Positions 30,050 through 43,698 of a stretch of 64,000 nucleotides of DNA are shown piece after piece. How positions within the stretch are numbered: position 1 is the stretch's first letter; every line of letters starts with the position of its first letter. The position numbers and the translations under genes were made by a program. Location: assembly GCF_000181795.1 (NCBI RefSeq), contig NW_003526945.1, positions 4,097,193 to 4,161,192 of the forward strand. The letters are read 5' to 3'. This stretch comes from Trichinella spiralis. Lineage: Eukaryota. The notes beneath the pieces are model-generated. The model saw only the letters and a list, made by a program, of their open reading frames with translations. It was not told where the DNA came from and ran no database searches.

Positions 30050-31500
30050 GAACGCGCAGTTCAGCATGACTCAGTTCTATCTCAACGCCCGAAAGAGGAA
30101 CGCTCTATTGTTCCTTCACAAAATGATTTTTTGCATTATCCAGAAAGTGGACAACTATCCCTGATTTGTACGACGTACGCAGCAACTATGAATAGAACGG
30201 TTGGAACTTGGAAGCAGTAGCGCCTGAAAATTACGTTTATTGCTCTAATAGCAAAAACTGCACGTGGACGGCACGAATCTGGCTTTTCCTTCGAATCACT
30301 GGAACGTAGTGAAAAAGTTGTTTATAGAGAAGCGTAAGGCGAAGTGTTCATCGCAAACAAGGTGGTCGTGGTGCTAGATACTATAGTGGCGTATCAACAC
30401 CCAGCGTGTGATGCATCTCAGAAGAGTAACATTATGACAGCTGGGTGACCAGTGATGAAACAGATAGGTAGAACACAGATGGTCAAATGCGAAGCGGGAA
30501 CCGAACTTCCGTCTACACCAGACAGTTTGTTTCCGCATATATATGCTATGGCCACTTGAGCGACATTCCATGTTACCGTTGTTTAGGACGGAAGCAGTGG
30601 ACTATCTATCTGTTTGTCACAACACCAAAGAAGAACAATGGTTGCTACACCGGGCAACGTTGGTTGTTGTTCGGTTTTTGTATTGCCAATGAAGTTTCCT
30701 GCAAACCAATACGTGCCATATTTGGAATGCCCATGTGCGTTGGACACCAAACTTTAACGGGATATAATTTCATCGTTCAGACATGGATGCCACAACATTA
30801 CATGGCAATATTGGCATTGCAAGTATACTGCTGGATTATTGATGGGAAATCTTCGATAACCAAGTGGGTTTAAAGATCGCGTTGTGAATGCATACAAGCG
30901 GACTCGGCTGATATGACAACATACTGTAGAAAGAGTCCAGCAGCAGAAACAAAAGCTGGATTTGTCGACGCTCTGGTCAGGATTTTGATGCATTATGAAA
31001 AGGAAATCCTAGCATTCCGGCTACACGTATACTTGGTGACGTATCCAGTCATTGTTAATATATCATTTTCACGATCTACAGGATCGTATTGTTTTACTAT
31101 TTCATTGGCCTTATAGCAATTAAAGAATATTTTTTTCTGCATTTTTTGAAAAATTTCGAGATTTCTTCGGTTATAGCCGTTGCTGTTTTTGTTTCGGTTT
31201 CCATTATTTTGATTGTAAATGATGAATACTATTTTATTTTGCACTGCAAACTTTGAATAAAAATTTCCTGGAACCTTTGGAATATATGCTCTCTGAATTT
31301 GGTACATTTCGTATCATATAATACATGCGGGCTGCCAGTTGGCACATTCTTGAATCTCCACCATCATAGCTACTCTCACATCAATGAAACATTTTTGGAA
31401 TTTGAGTAAAGTATTTGTTCAGTATTTTCCGGTATGTGACAGTCTATTTTCTCCTTCACTTCAGAAACAGTTGCTGCAACATTGATTGAAATGCTAATAA
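30050..31500 (-). pseudogene. Highly decayed parkin-like (UBL + RBR) pseudogene
   Basis: UBL-like ISINVAATVSEVKEKIDCHIPENTEQILY; NPAVYLQCQYCHVML ~ parkin SPVLVFQCNSRHVIC; TLPGVA/CSSLV/HCFR ~ SLPCVAGCPNSLI..HHFR. Many stops and frameshifts. Confidence 0.45.
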
Positions 31501-31519
31501 AACGTAGACTGTGATAAGA

Positions 31520-31860
31520 CTGACTTTCCACTTTTGTACACTCGTCAGCGAATATAATTTGCAAAGGAAACAAAATTGAAACAATAAAAATTAAAAAGTA
31601 TTTGCAAAAGCAAATTAATCACACCTCATGATAACATGCTGCGCAAAGTAATCTCAGCATTACTGCATAATGCCTGCTACAATAACTGTTGCCATCTTTG
31701 CAAAAATAGATCAAGTTGATCAACAGCTCTTGGCATGGATGACAAATGAAACAGCACAGCTGCCTGGCAGTTGTGGCGTTTAGACGAACACTACCCCTCT
31801 GCATATGCGAAGCACGCGAAATAGCAGAGTCCCCACCCATCATCGCAGTGCAGAGACCAT
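31520..31860 (-). pseudogene. Prickle/Testin LIM-domain gene fragment with a dead intron
   Basis: CFICHPCQELLINLIYFCKDGNSYCSRHYAVMLRLLCAACYHE|IIFADECTKVE matches the prickle LIM1-LIM2 junction. Intron 31624-31559 has a GT donor but an AA acceptor. Confidence 0.8.
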
Positions 31861-34800
31861 AGGATTTCCCTGATTTTGGCTGTAGAAGCATGCGCTCCGC
31901 CTGCTCAAAGAGCAAATGAAAAGCTCACACTCCCCAGAGTCTATGAGAAGGGAGCTTCACACTACTGGGTGCAGCCCTTTTTAGTCTCTCCATCCTCCAC
32001 CTGCTTTAAATATTTCAGATGTTACACCAGGCTTGTTGCCATTTCGCAGAGCTCATTTACGCCAGATGAGGTGCCCATCGTTTGCCCGCTCGATTATGGT
32101 CTCCTTTTTTTGATTGGTTGTTCACTGATAGGCTATACGGAATTTGAACGCTAATTGGTGAATGATTTATGATATTTTATTAGTTACTCAACTTTCATCA
32201 ATGATTGGATGATTGTTTTTTATCAAATGTTGTCCGAATATCAGTGTTAATTTTCCAAAATTTAACTTTTCAGTTTTGTTTCCCAACTAACCCTACATAG
32301 CCATCGAAATAAACAGATACGAAATTAATGCTTTTCTTATGTCTATTCGAATTGTAGCAGATTTCATTTGTTCCGCTTTTGTAATAAAGAACCTTGGAGC
32401 CAGTGACAAAAGTGAACAAAAGTGATACAAACAAATTTAAAGAAAAAACAGAATAAAATATGCCAATAAAGAAGATATTAAAGATATCAATGCAAAATAA
32501 CTAAAAAAAGGCAACTTACTAAAAATGATGTCTTCTCATTGTCAAGGTACACCTTCTTTTTGCGTTGTCCTAACTCATGATGAATCATCTTCAAGGAATG
32601 AAAATAAAATATAAAGGAAAAAGCATATTTTTTCAAAAATTCTGGTCCATCTTTTCAGTGTTAAAGTTAGTCTTTAGCTGCCGCTTTACCGAAACCGTTA
32701 GCTCAAATAAAACTCACTGAGCGACAGCAAGGTTGTGTTTTCAAGCTCAGTGAGGCCTACGAACTAGTCTGTTATCACTGATAACACTAGCGCTTCGAGG
32801 AAAATAGATTTGCATAAAGGAAAGACAACACGTGATTGACGTGGAAATATTTGACCTAGCTTAATTGTGTTGAAACTCATTTATTTATTATCTTCTACGA
32901 TAAACTGATGCGAATTCTTCATAGAATTGCTATTACTATTCATTAATACTTGATTGTCTTAATGTTTTCACTGTATAATTTTAGTTTCTTAAGGACCAGC
33001 CACATCATCAAATAGAATGCTGATTTTAGAGTTTTTTCATTATTTTTTTTTACATATTTCAAGAAAATATTAAAGTCAATCAATTTATTTTTCGTTATAA
33101 AATTTAATACTATTTTTAAGATGAACTGCTGATGTAGCAGCTATTGTCGAAAATAAATCTAAAAAATGTTTTTATAAGAATGCATTTGTCAGTGTTCAAT
33201 TGAAAAGCATCGTTCAAAGTTGTTCAATGTGCAACAAGTTGAGTAATTATGCGCCACCGATCACTGCAGAATTGTCAGAGCTGAATGAATGAACCACTGT
33301 AAATTTTTATGAAGAAATTCCATCGGATTATTTTTAAATATAAATTTGAAGTTTAATTAAATTTCCATTATTCTTTTGACGATTGTAGTTCTGGGTGCTT
33401 TATTTTATATTCACGTGTGTCATAGAATAGCAATAAGAACGCGTGAAATTTGTGGGTAGTAATAATCGAAATTGAAACGTCAGAATACGCACACTCTCTC
33501 AGTTCGTTTATACTAATTGATTAAAATATTTGTATCTTTTACATCTATGTGAAAATTGTGTATACATTCTTCATGCTCGAACAAATCAATGCTAAAATAA
33601 TTGCAACCAAACAGGAGCAAGCAAATAGCACACGCACACGCACATACCGTGCCTAAACAACATTCACTATAAACCTTTCAGCTTCTATTTTATTATAACG
33701 TCATAGATGTGAAGTTCAATATCTATGTTACATCCTTGTTTACAGTGCTCTAGAGCTTTGCAAGTATGCAATAAAAATAGGTATAAAAGGTATCATCATA
33801 GAATACCTATTGCATCAGCTCCATCTATTTTTCATTCAATGAAGCGAGCAATAAATTGACTTCAACATAAAAGTTGTAGTACCAATGTTGCATCATCGTG
33901 TAGTAAGACTGAAAAGCTATAAATATGATCAAACGAGATAAAATGGAATGCTAATTTTGGAAAAACAGAATAACATGCTTTTACTGAATCAATTTATTTT
34001 GACTGTTCTTTTATCAGGTTGCAAAATTTGCTATAAATGCAATTCCAACCACGGACAACCACACATGATTTGTGTTTTTTGCATTTTTTAAAGTTAATAT
34101 TTTTCCACAATTGCCTTTCATTTTAAAAGAATGCTTTAATTGCGCTGTCTGCTTTGTTTTCCGTGGAACTGCAGATGACCAATTTCAGAAAAATCACTAC
34201 CGCAGTGCTTTTTATTCAAACATTTCAAGTTGGACAATGAGCAATTATTATTAAATATTAATTAATTACCCCTGCTATTATTGACTGATTTCGGCAAAGA
34301 AAAACCAAATTGGAAGCCATTTTCAAAATCAATGCAGCATAAAATAAGCTTTGATCAATTTAAATTTGAGAAAAAGAAATCATAATAATAAAGAAAGTCA
34401 TACCAAAGTTGTGTACATCATGTGAACATTATTGTTTGGCTAAATTTATAAGAATTTCCAATATTCCCGGATGCGGCAAAGGTGAAGTAGCTTTCTCTCT
34501 CTCCCTCCCTCTCTCGTAAATTTTGAAAAGTATGCAAATTTCTTTGAACAGAGTTATGCTTCTTTAAACGTACAAGAAATAATCTACATTGGCAAAAATG
34601 AAAAGCTTTGTCTAAAAACAAAAACAAAAAACAAAAAGCAAAACGACAGAAGAACTTTCTGAACACGGAGTGAAGAATTTAAATGAAAGAGAATGTATTT
34701 TGCTTGGCACAGTGAAGTGGCATCCAAGCAGCCAGACCAAGCACACAATCTGCAAGAGGTGAAAACGCAACAGCTGAGCGATGAATGAAATTATTATTAT

Positions 34801-35212
34801 TGTTGTTATTATCATCTTTTTTATAGTAAATTGAAGAGCAAACTGTGTACTGTGCGTATTGTATGTACAAAATACAATCATCAGAGAAAAGACAGTATTT
34901 TGCATGAATAACACCGAATGAACGAGGACAACTGACCGACCAAGACATACAATCAATGAATCAGTGAATCAATCAATAGAGTAGTTATGAACAACAGCAA
35001 CAAAAATACTCTACCAAACCTCCTAAAGCACAAAAGAGGAAGATACAAAATATTGAATATACGAAGTTTTGTCATCACGGCTGATGTGCTGCCATTTAGC
35101 ATGATTAAACCAAGCAGATGATGGAGTATGTATGAAGCCGGAAAGTTTGTTTTTTGTTTTTTTTTTGAAATAGCAGTAAATATGATTAATTCTTGACTGT
35201 TGTTGGTCAGTG

Positions 35213-36568
35213 TTAACAATTGCAACCCTGCGCCTGTTTTCCTCGGTTCGTTGGAGTGTCGGTCAGTCGAGTACCTTTGGCATGCGTCATTGTAGGATCG
35301 GAATCCAAAGACTCGGCCATCTTGTCACAAATAATATCCACCAATCTTTCAAACACTGCTTTGACGTGTACATTTTCTTTCGCGGATGCTTCAAAAAATT
35401 CAAGGCCTAAAATAAAATACACACATACATGCATATATATATAGTATAAACAATGCCCCAGTTTCAAGCCATTTTCATGAATGATAATTTGCTGCCGGTA
35501 ATTTGTTCAGAAGTTTGTAATTAAATCTATTTTTAACCAAAATTGAGCTGTTAACCATGCTTTCGTCATTTCAACATTGTTCATGCTTAATAGATGTTTA
35601 ATAAGAAAACAAATTGATATAACAAGTGCAAATTTTTCGTGAACATCACCTCTTGAACATAAATGAAAATTGTTTTATATTTAAATTACACAAGTTTGTA
35701 TTAAAAAAATCTATATACCTACTACTGTTATTATTATCATTATTAAATGAACTAATCCCAACAAGAATAGAGATATTTTAACATGTGTAGTAAATTGGAT
35801 TATTTCAATTTTCAATCCTGTGCAATGTAAACATACCCAGTTGATCGGCTAGTTGCTTGCCTCTTTCGTAAGATACAACACGCTCATCTTCCATGTCGCA
35901 TTTGTTACCAACCAGAACCACCTGAGCGTTATCCCACGAGTAGGTCTTAATTTGAGTGCACCTGTTGAAAATAAAAGTTGAAATATTTGTATGAATAAGA
36001 TGCCCATTTGAAAATTGAAATTACAAATCAATTACCAATCTTGAACACTGTTGAACGACTCCTCGTTGGTGATGTCGTACATGAGAATGAATCCCATAGC
36101 GCCACGGTAATACGCAGTGGTGATTGTGCGGTAACGTTCCTGGCCAGCAGTATCCTGAATAATTTATTTTTTCTTTTTTGTGAAATGAAAATTTTCAACT
36201 ACTGCACAAAGAAAGAGAGAAAAAAAATTCATAAATGATAAAATCAGAATCCTGATTATTTTAAATGATCCATTTCTGCTTTCAATGATTGCAATAATCC
36301 GAGTGGAGTGAAAATGGAGAATTATTGATGCTGTTGTGAAATTTATTACCCATATTTGGAGCTTCACTCGCTTGTCGCCTCGGAAGACGGTTTTCACTTT
36401 GAAATCAATTCCAACAGTGGAGACGAACGCCGACGTGAAAGAGTCGTCGCAGTATCTGAATAGGAATGATGTCTTGCCTACACTGCTGTTGCCGATGATT
36501 AATATTTTGAACATGTAGTCGAAATTTTGGTCACTGCCGCCGTCACGCTGCTGGTACATTTGAGCCAT
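35213..36568 (-). CDS. rab-3: Ras-related GTPase Rab3, 4 coding exons
   Basis: [79 protein letters not shown]-terminal GCNC. Confidence 0.97.
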
Positions 36569-39500
36569 CTAGAAGCGGGCAAAAATTATTACTATTATTA
36601 TGATTATTAAAATTTGCCACAACGCGCCTGTTGCCGACGCACGGACAATTTTCCCACGAACGAATGAAAAGCTGAATGGAAAATTGCAATCAGCAGGACT
36701 GTTTTGAATTGATTGAAATGAAATTTCCACCGCCAAATCCCCACCAGCAGCAAGTCGGTAGAGCAAATGGGAAAAATTGCGCGCTGTCAGTATGCAAACA
36801 AGCACCATTTTCAAATCGGATCGCAATTCTGCTATTCAAACAGCAGCAAATCCGCCCACCGAATTGGTGAATCTCAAACCAAGACAAACTTACATTTGTT
36901 CTTTCTATTTCAATTTTAATTTTAATATCTACCCTTCCAAACCTTCTGGTCAACAATCGTCAGAATACCGGATATTAGCATTCGTGAGCCAGGGGGGGGG
37001 GGGAAATGAACTGACGCGAGACGAAACAAATCACCCATCCGTTCTATCATTAGTATTCCATTGAACAAATGAACGCAAAACAGCCAGCCTGCCTGTGCTT
37101 TGTCGCGTCGTACCTGCGTCTCACCAGGCACGATTTGTTCTCCATTGTCTGGACTTATTGCATCTGCTTACAATAAGCTAACAACAACAACAACAACAGC
37201 AACGCCAGCAAAATTTTCACTTGCACACAAGTCAACAATTGAACAAGTCGGCAAATGAAAATCACAATCCTTCCGTGTAAATGCAAACAGATCGTTCTCA
37301 ACATCTCACCAATCAAAGAAAGAAAAAAAACAACCAAGAATACCAAGAAATTATAATAAATATATGCATCAAATACCCTTTTCAATGTGTATTACACTTT
37401 CAAGAAAGAGAAAAACAACTTCCAACTCGAGCTTCGTTTTCACTTTACACTGAATGGAATCAATCAAACAAATCATCTGATGTGTTTATATTAGCACAAA
37501 GTAGTCAACATGACATTTGGATTGTCTAAATAACGTCATAGCTTGCAAAAAAATCGATTCTACTACGTAGATGCATAAAAATTTCAAATTCAATTACAAA
37601 CAAGATGAAATATTATTTATTCAATCTTTTCTTTTCCCTTCTATTATTACTCTTATCATCCGCTAAAATCCAATTATAAATAATAAAGAGGATCATTTAT
37701 TTTTCATTCACAAGTTGCTTGTTTTTTCAATTTTTCAAAAATTGAAAATAAAAAGAGACCTTAATTTTTCTTTTCAATAAGCCTGAATGAACTGAACAAA
37801 AATGTGAACATCATTTCCACGAACAGAAAAGTGAAGCATACAAAAGCACAACACGGTCTAAAAATACACGCAACAATTTTCAGATCATCATCATGCTGCA
37901 CTTCTATTCATTGCACAGCAAAAGTTATTAATTAATCGAAATATTACAAACGATGAAGAGAAAAAGAGACATACATAAACACTGATTTCAGCTGTCAACT
38001 TGCAGCTTCTACCTGAAAGCTGTGCGGCCGGTGCACACATCATTCTCTGCTTTTGTTTGCATTCTACTTACAATCCACCGCATGCATGCTTAGCATATGT
38101 CATTGATGCTTAGCTGAGCTCGTAAACAGCATGCGAAATTCAATTTCGCACTTTTGCCATATCCATACTTGCCCAGCAACAAATGCAATACATTGAACTA
38201 AAGGGTCTATCATCTACGCGACTATATGGTTAATTTTTGAATCCGATGGAAAAAGAAAAAGTGCTAATAAACTATATTTGATAAGTAGAAGAGAAAAAAC
38301 AGTATGCAAATGAAGTCTATCTAAAATGCTTTTACATCATCAGTAAAAGATGACAGATACAGATTTGTATGAATTTAGTCAAAAATGAAGTTTAATAATA
38401 CGATTTATGAAATGAAAAGTTAAAAGCTGAATAGATCAAAAATGCCATCTTGAATAATATGACTAGTTATATGCTCATAGTATATATATATATATATTCA
38501 TTAGCATCAACAGTATGTAAAATTATTGATTATTTTGGAAGTAAGTGTGCTATTTGAAAACAAACAGTGGACAATTAATGATTTCTAACGATTGCCGGCA
38601 TTTTACGTATCAAGCTAGTAGAGTACAGTACTACTTAATCGGGGCATTTGACTTGAACCTTAAAGTCTGTAATTCCATCAGGACCGTCTCCAGGTTTGAA
38701 TAACATTCAACCGACACTGATACACACGTTACCAGCATGATGCATTTGGGGTTAAGAAGCATATTTAAATGGCAACAGCGCTTGTGCTTGTTAATGCAGG
38801 TTAGCATCGATCTGCCGCGTTTGCCGACGCTTCCAAATTGCTGTGTTATAGCAAGCCACACTGGATTAAGCAAAAATCGAACATCTGCTATTTGGTTTAC
38901 ACAATACAAACAAAAGCAATAAACTTTAAACGCCAAAGTCTACATGAAAAGAACGTAGTTAAATAATCATGCAAAGCAGATATTGCAGAACAGAAGTCAT
39001 TTCAACCTGAATAATAGCCCGTAAGTACTAGAATACGAGACCGTATTTAAATTATTCATTTCTCCAAAACTAGCAATTTGAACATGTTCGGACATATCAA
39101 AGCAGATGATTGGAATGAGTTGAAAGATAGAGAGCACAATTATCCAATACTGCGTCGATATTATTTACGGTCGATTGATGACAACTAAAATTTGTGCATC
39201 GTGCAACTTTCAATAATGCGAATTACAAGGAAAAATTACAAAAGCAGTCGATGAAAAGTTGTCTGAATTTAGAATTTATTTGAAATATACAGTAAATAAA
39301 TCCATTCAAGAAATCAGTGTTATTCATTTGTATGATTTACGAATACAATTATCAAGAAAAAAACACTACATATATATGCATTGAAGAATGAAATAGTCCG
39401 TGTATTCCTTACATGCTTTGCATTTTATTTAATTTCGAGTGAATATATAATATTACACTGTATTCACTGCAGTTATTCTTATAAAACAAGCGGCCTATAT

Positions 39501-40804
39501 ATATATCAATAATAAATGATGAATGTATTGCAAATTGAAGAAAAAAAGAAAGAAATATTTCCAAACATTGATCTTATAGATCTATATTTACTTGTTATAA
39601 AAAACGAATTCCGTTCAAGTTTATCACTTTGAACTACATGCAGGCTGCGCAGCTACAGGTATTTTTGCACTTACGCAAATGATGTTGGTGAACATGTAGA
39701 TTGCAGATTATAAAGAAATGATTCAATTTAAAATTGTAAAGTATCTGCTGTGCAAATGAGAAGATGATTCATCGACAAGCAAGCGAGATGAAAATGAACC
39801 ACAAGCCATCTATTCTGTCCATTGCTCATTCAACGCGGTCCGTTCGATTAAGCACGGCGTGAAATGGCTTCGGGCTATGTGGGACCAGCAGCTTGAGCAT
39901 GCAAAGATAACATGCGGCAAAATTGATTGAATTGGAAACAAAATTCAGTCGGTCTGTTTCCACTGATGACCAACTGCATTCAACGACTGATAGGAAGAAA
40001 AAGGGGAAATTCTATTGGAACTTGTGAAAAACAGAACGCGTTACTGTATTTTGCCAACAACTCCTACATTGGAATATTTGAAAATGGCAAACGAGAAATT
40101 TCAGAGAAGGAAGAAGAGAAATTTTTGCCAACAAGGAAAAACCGATCAGAAAGAGCAGCGCAGTCGATTATTGTCCTCTATTGATTACAGCGGCCGGCGT
40201 TTGGAAAATCTTTTCCGCTCAGTGAAGCCAAATAATGCCCGATTGTGATGGCACACATGCACATGCGGCAGAGGTCCACACGCTTCGACGTCGCCTGAAT
40301 TTTGCCACTTCAAGAAGCCAGCTTTATCTGAACGCTTATCGATTCGTAAATGCTGGTAATAGGCCGGCAAAGCGAAAGGCAATGCCGATGGGTAACCACG
40401 GAGACGGGGAACAAAACTGAACGAATGTAAATATGTTGTTGCACATTTTCGACAACTCAGTGTGCATCTTCATACATCCATTCCGTATTCCAAAAATGCA
40501 ATCTATGTTCAACTGAAATCGCCTTCAAATTCGCGCCAACAATTGTACATACATCTCAAGTATGATATTTGAATATTTAATTAGAAAAATGCTTAGCGTT
40601 TAGTCGATGTTTTAATTTAGCTTATATCGGACAAACTGATGATGCTCAGCATGAAAAACAGAAATAAAACAAACATTTGCACAGTGTATGAAATGAGATA
40701 ATTTTAAACAAGTAAATTAAAGAAAAGTAATTTCTTACAATGAAAAGCACAAAGTAATAGATGAGTAGATACACTGCGAGCAACGTTGCTTTGTGAATTT
40801 CTAT

Positions 40805-40923
40805 CGACGTACTGTAGTGAAGATCAATACTGTTTGTTGGAAGTGACTACACCGTACTTGAAAATCATAAATGCTATTGATAATCTGTAACTTTGAGCAG
40901 CACGATCAATGGTCCTAACAGCC
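40805..40923 (+). ncRNA. Candidate H/ACA-box small RNA
   Basis: Hairpin 40805-40860, ANANNA box (AAATCA, 40862-40867), hairpin 40873-40913, ACA at 40918-40920; both hairpins contain internal loops. Confidence 0.4.
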
Positions 40924-42340
40924 GCAAAGAGCTTTTATTGTGTACTGCTATGTGCCAGATAGCTGCCATTTTAATGTTAGATTCAGATCATTGTGTAGGC
41001 AAATGAGGCTGCCACGACGGAATCGATCTGCATGCCCAAAGAAAATCTTACATTTTTGACTTTGTCAATAAAGTGGTCAGCAAATTGAAACGACAATCAA
41101 ACGCAAATGGCGATCATTTCAATCAAGGAGAAATAAAACTGTTGGAAAGAAGTGCTCTTTTGCTCTTGAATGTTCAAAATAGTCATCTACAGATTATTCA
41201 CACAAAATTTTCTGAATTATTAAAATTTGTTTAAAAAGCCAAAAGCCACTTGTCCTGAAAGTTAGACTTGTTTGCGAAAGACAGTTAGCATGCACATTTA
41301 GCGTTGTTGTCTACAGTTTAAAATGGTCTTTGAAAATTATAAAAATTAATAAAATGAAAATTTTTTTTCAAATGGTAAATGCATTTTATGCCATCCGACA
41401 AATGATACAGAGTTTAGAAATTCATTTACTGATAAAATGCTACGTAAGCACTTTTAACTAAAACTGGCATCTGTATAAATTCTGTAATTTATAATTATGT
41501 TTTTTAAAAAACAATTGCTGCATATATTTTGCAAATGATCATCTTCAAATGTTGCTTTAATAATCAATTGCCTGTAAACGTAATAGTATTGTTTGAAATT
41601 TGCTTAAATTCAAACAATAATGTCATGGGCAGTAACCTAAATATTCAATTCTGCATTATTATTAAATTTCGCCAATTTCAGTAGCCTATCTGCTAAACAG
41701 TAAATTTATAGGCATGAAATGAGAAGCTTTGCTTCTTTGAGCGAATACATACACCGATCCTCTTTTTGTGATTTGTTATGATTTGTAAAGTTTATTGCTT
41801 TTAAATTTATTATTGACTTAAAATTCCATTTTTATTACAACAATAATGAAAAGTATACTTATTTAAAAGCGCTTTTCCCTTAATATCATGATTAAGTAAC
41901 GTCATTTGACAACAGATAACTTCTTTATTAACTTGTAATGTTATAAAAAGTGGTGGAAAAGTGCTAACAGCTGCTTTTCACAAAGGAATCGCTAAGTGAG
42001 CCAATGAATTATCTGCATGACAATTTCAAGATAAAATCAATGCAAATCAAATTGCTGAATTTTTTACTGTAACACATTTATGCTTGAAAATCACTGGATG
42101 ACAGTATTTTACAAAAATTAAGAAACATCAGTAATCCAAAGAATTTGTATAATCATTGGCATTTATTAGTTTTAAACCATATGAAATTTAATATTGTACA
42201 TTCGAAGTCTTTTTATTTGCTTTGCTTAATTTACTGTCGACTTTTTACTAGCTGACCAATGTTTTTGGTATTTCGCGTTTTGAATTGCGCTTAAGTGTGT
42301 TTTATTTATAAATTTAATTTTTACTTATATTTAGAAGAAT

Positions 42341-43275
42341 ATGATGCACTTTCGCGGTATAGTTGAAAGTCAGTTGAAAAAGAATGGCAAGTGAATTTTA
42401 TTTATTTGCATGAAAGCAGGCTCTTTTGGTTTCAGTGCTCTAATGATTTGTTCAGAACTTTTTGAAGCATTCATATTTTTTAGTATCTCCTTTTACCGTT
42501 TTGTATAGCAAAATTTTAAACTGCTTGTATGAAGGCATCGTACACGGATTCTGTTTTAGCTGTTCAAAGCGTTACGTCAATGATGCTTAATTGGAATAAA
42601 TATTCACGGCAAGAAGAAAGCAGGGATAATTTTGAAAATTTTCAACTGGGATATTTTGCTTCACTGTACGGTTTTGTCATGCCATCGGCAGGTAATGTGA
42701 ATAAGCACAGTTCAGTTTTTTACTATAATCCGAGTGCAGCGTCATTACCTGTGGTTGAACCTCCGAGTTGTTCGATCAGTCTGCTGGTTCCAAATTTGAA
42801 CACACAGACTGATTGTACGTTGCAGTTGCCGCCGCATCCGGCAAGCGTGACAAAGTTACATGCCCATCGAATGTTGCGCATTCGTCGGCATAAAATCAAA
42901 AAGCACTGGAGGATGAAGCGTTATCGGCGTCGGCGGGTCGTCTATTTGCGCTTGCATGCGGAGAAGAAGCAGAAGTCAGAAAACGCTTTCCGAGCTCGTA
43001 TGAACGAGTTGCTTCGCGAAGCTTTGCAATTCAGTGCCGAGAAGTACGTCGAAACTGTGATCAGCAGATCCAAGTGGAAGCCGACAGAGGAACGTTTGCC
43101 GGATGGTCGACGCAAATATCCGCACTGGACTGAACTGATGACCGTTGAGGAACTGTACGGTCTGAGCAATGTGGACTACATCGACAAGAAATCTTGCACC
43201 GCTGATAAAGAAGATTATGATGCAATTTTGAAATTGAAACAAAAATACAAGGACACATTTGGAAAATTAGTGTAA
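42341..43275 (+). CDS. AURKAIP1: Mitochondrial ribosomal protein mS38 / AURKAIP1 (COX24 family)
   Basis: HRMLRIRRHKIKKHWRMKRYRRR...KKQKSENAF...FSAEKYV. Probable micro-exon 42341-42356 (MMHFR) spliced to 42560. Confidence 0.8.
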
Positions 43276-43698
43276 TAATAATAATAATAATAATAATGTA
43301 GGATTGTTGATAATATTGTTTATTTTTCCTTGGAATAAATAACTTTTGTATGAGAAAAATATGTAATTGTTGTATTTTAAAATTTTCTAATGAAAAAAAT
43401 TGTCTAACAATTCTGATAATGCAACAGTAATAAAATAGAATTAGAAGTATTAGTTCCTTTGGAAAGAAATTAAAGCAAGAACAATACTGGAATGCTGAAA
43501 ACTTGAAAAAATGCATAAAATAGGATGAGCATTAATAGCAGCAATTCATGAATTGTGCACATGTTGTTAGAATGCGAAATGAAAAAGAAAAACAACAAAA
43601 ATGCGTTCACTTGAAAATAATGATAATAGTTGAAAGTTGAGTTGCTAATCTTTTGCATGTGACACTATGAACAACAATTTTTTATGCATTTATGGAAA

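Noticed and set aside
33000..35200. Several hydrophobic short ORFs
   Set aside because: They arise from low-complexity AT-rich sequence, probably the rab-3 3' UTR or intergenic DNA.
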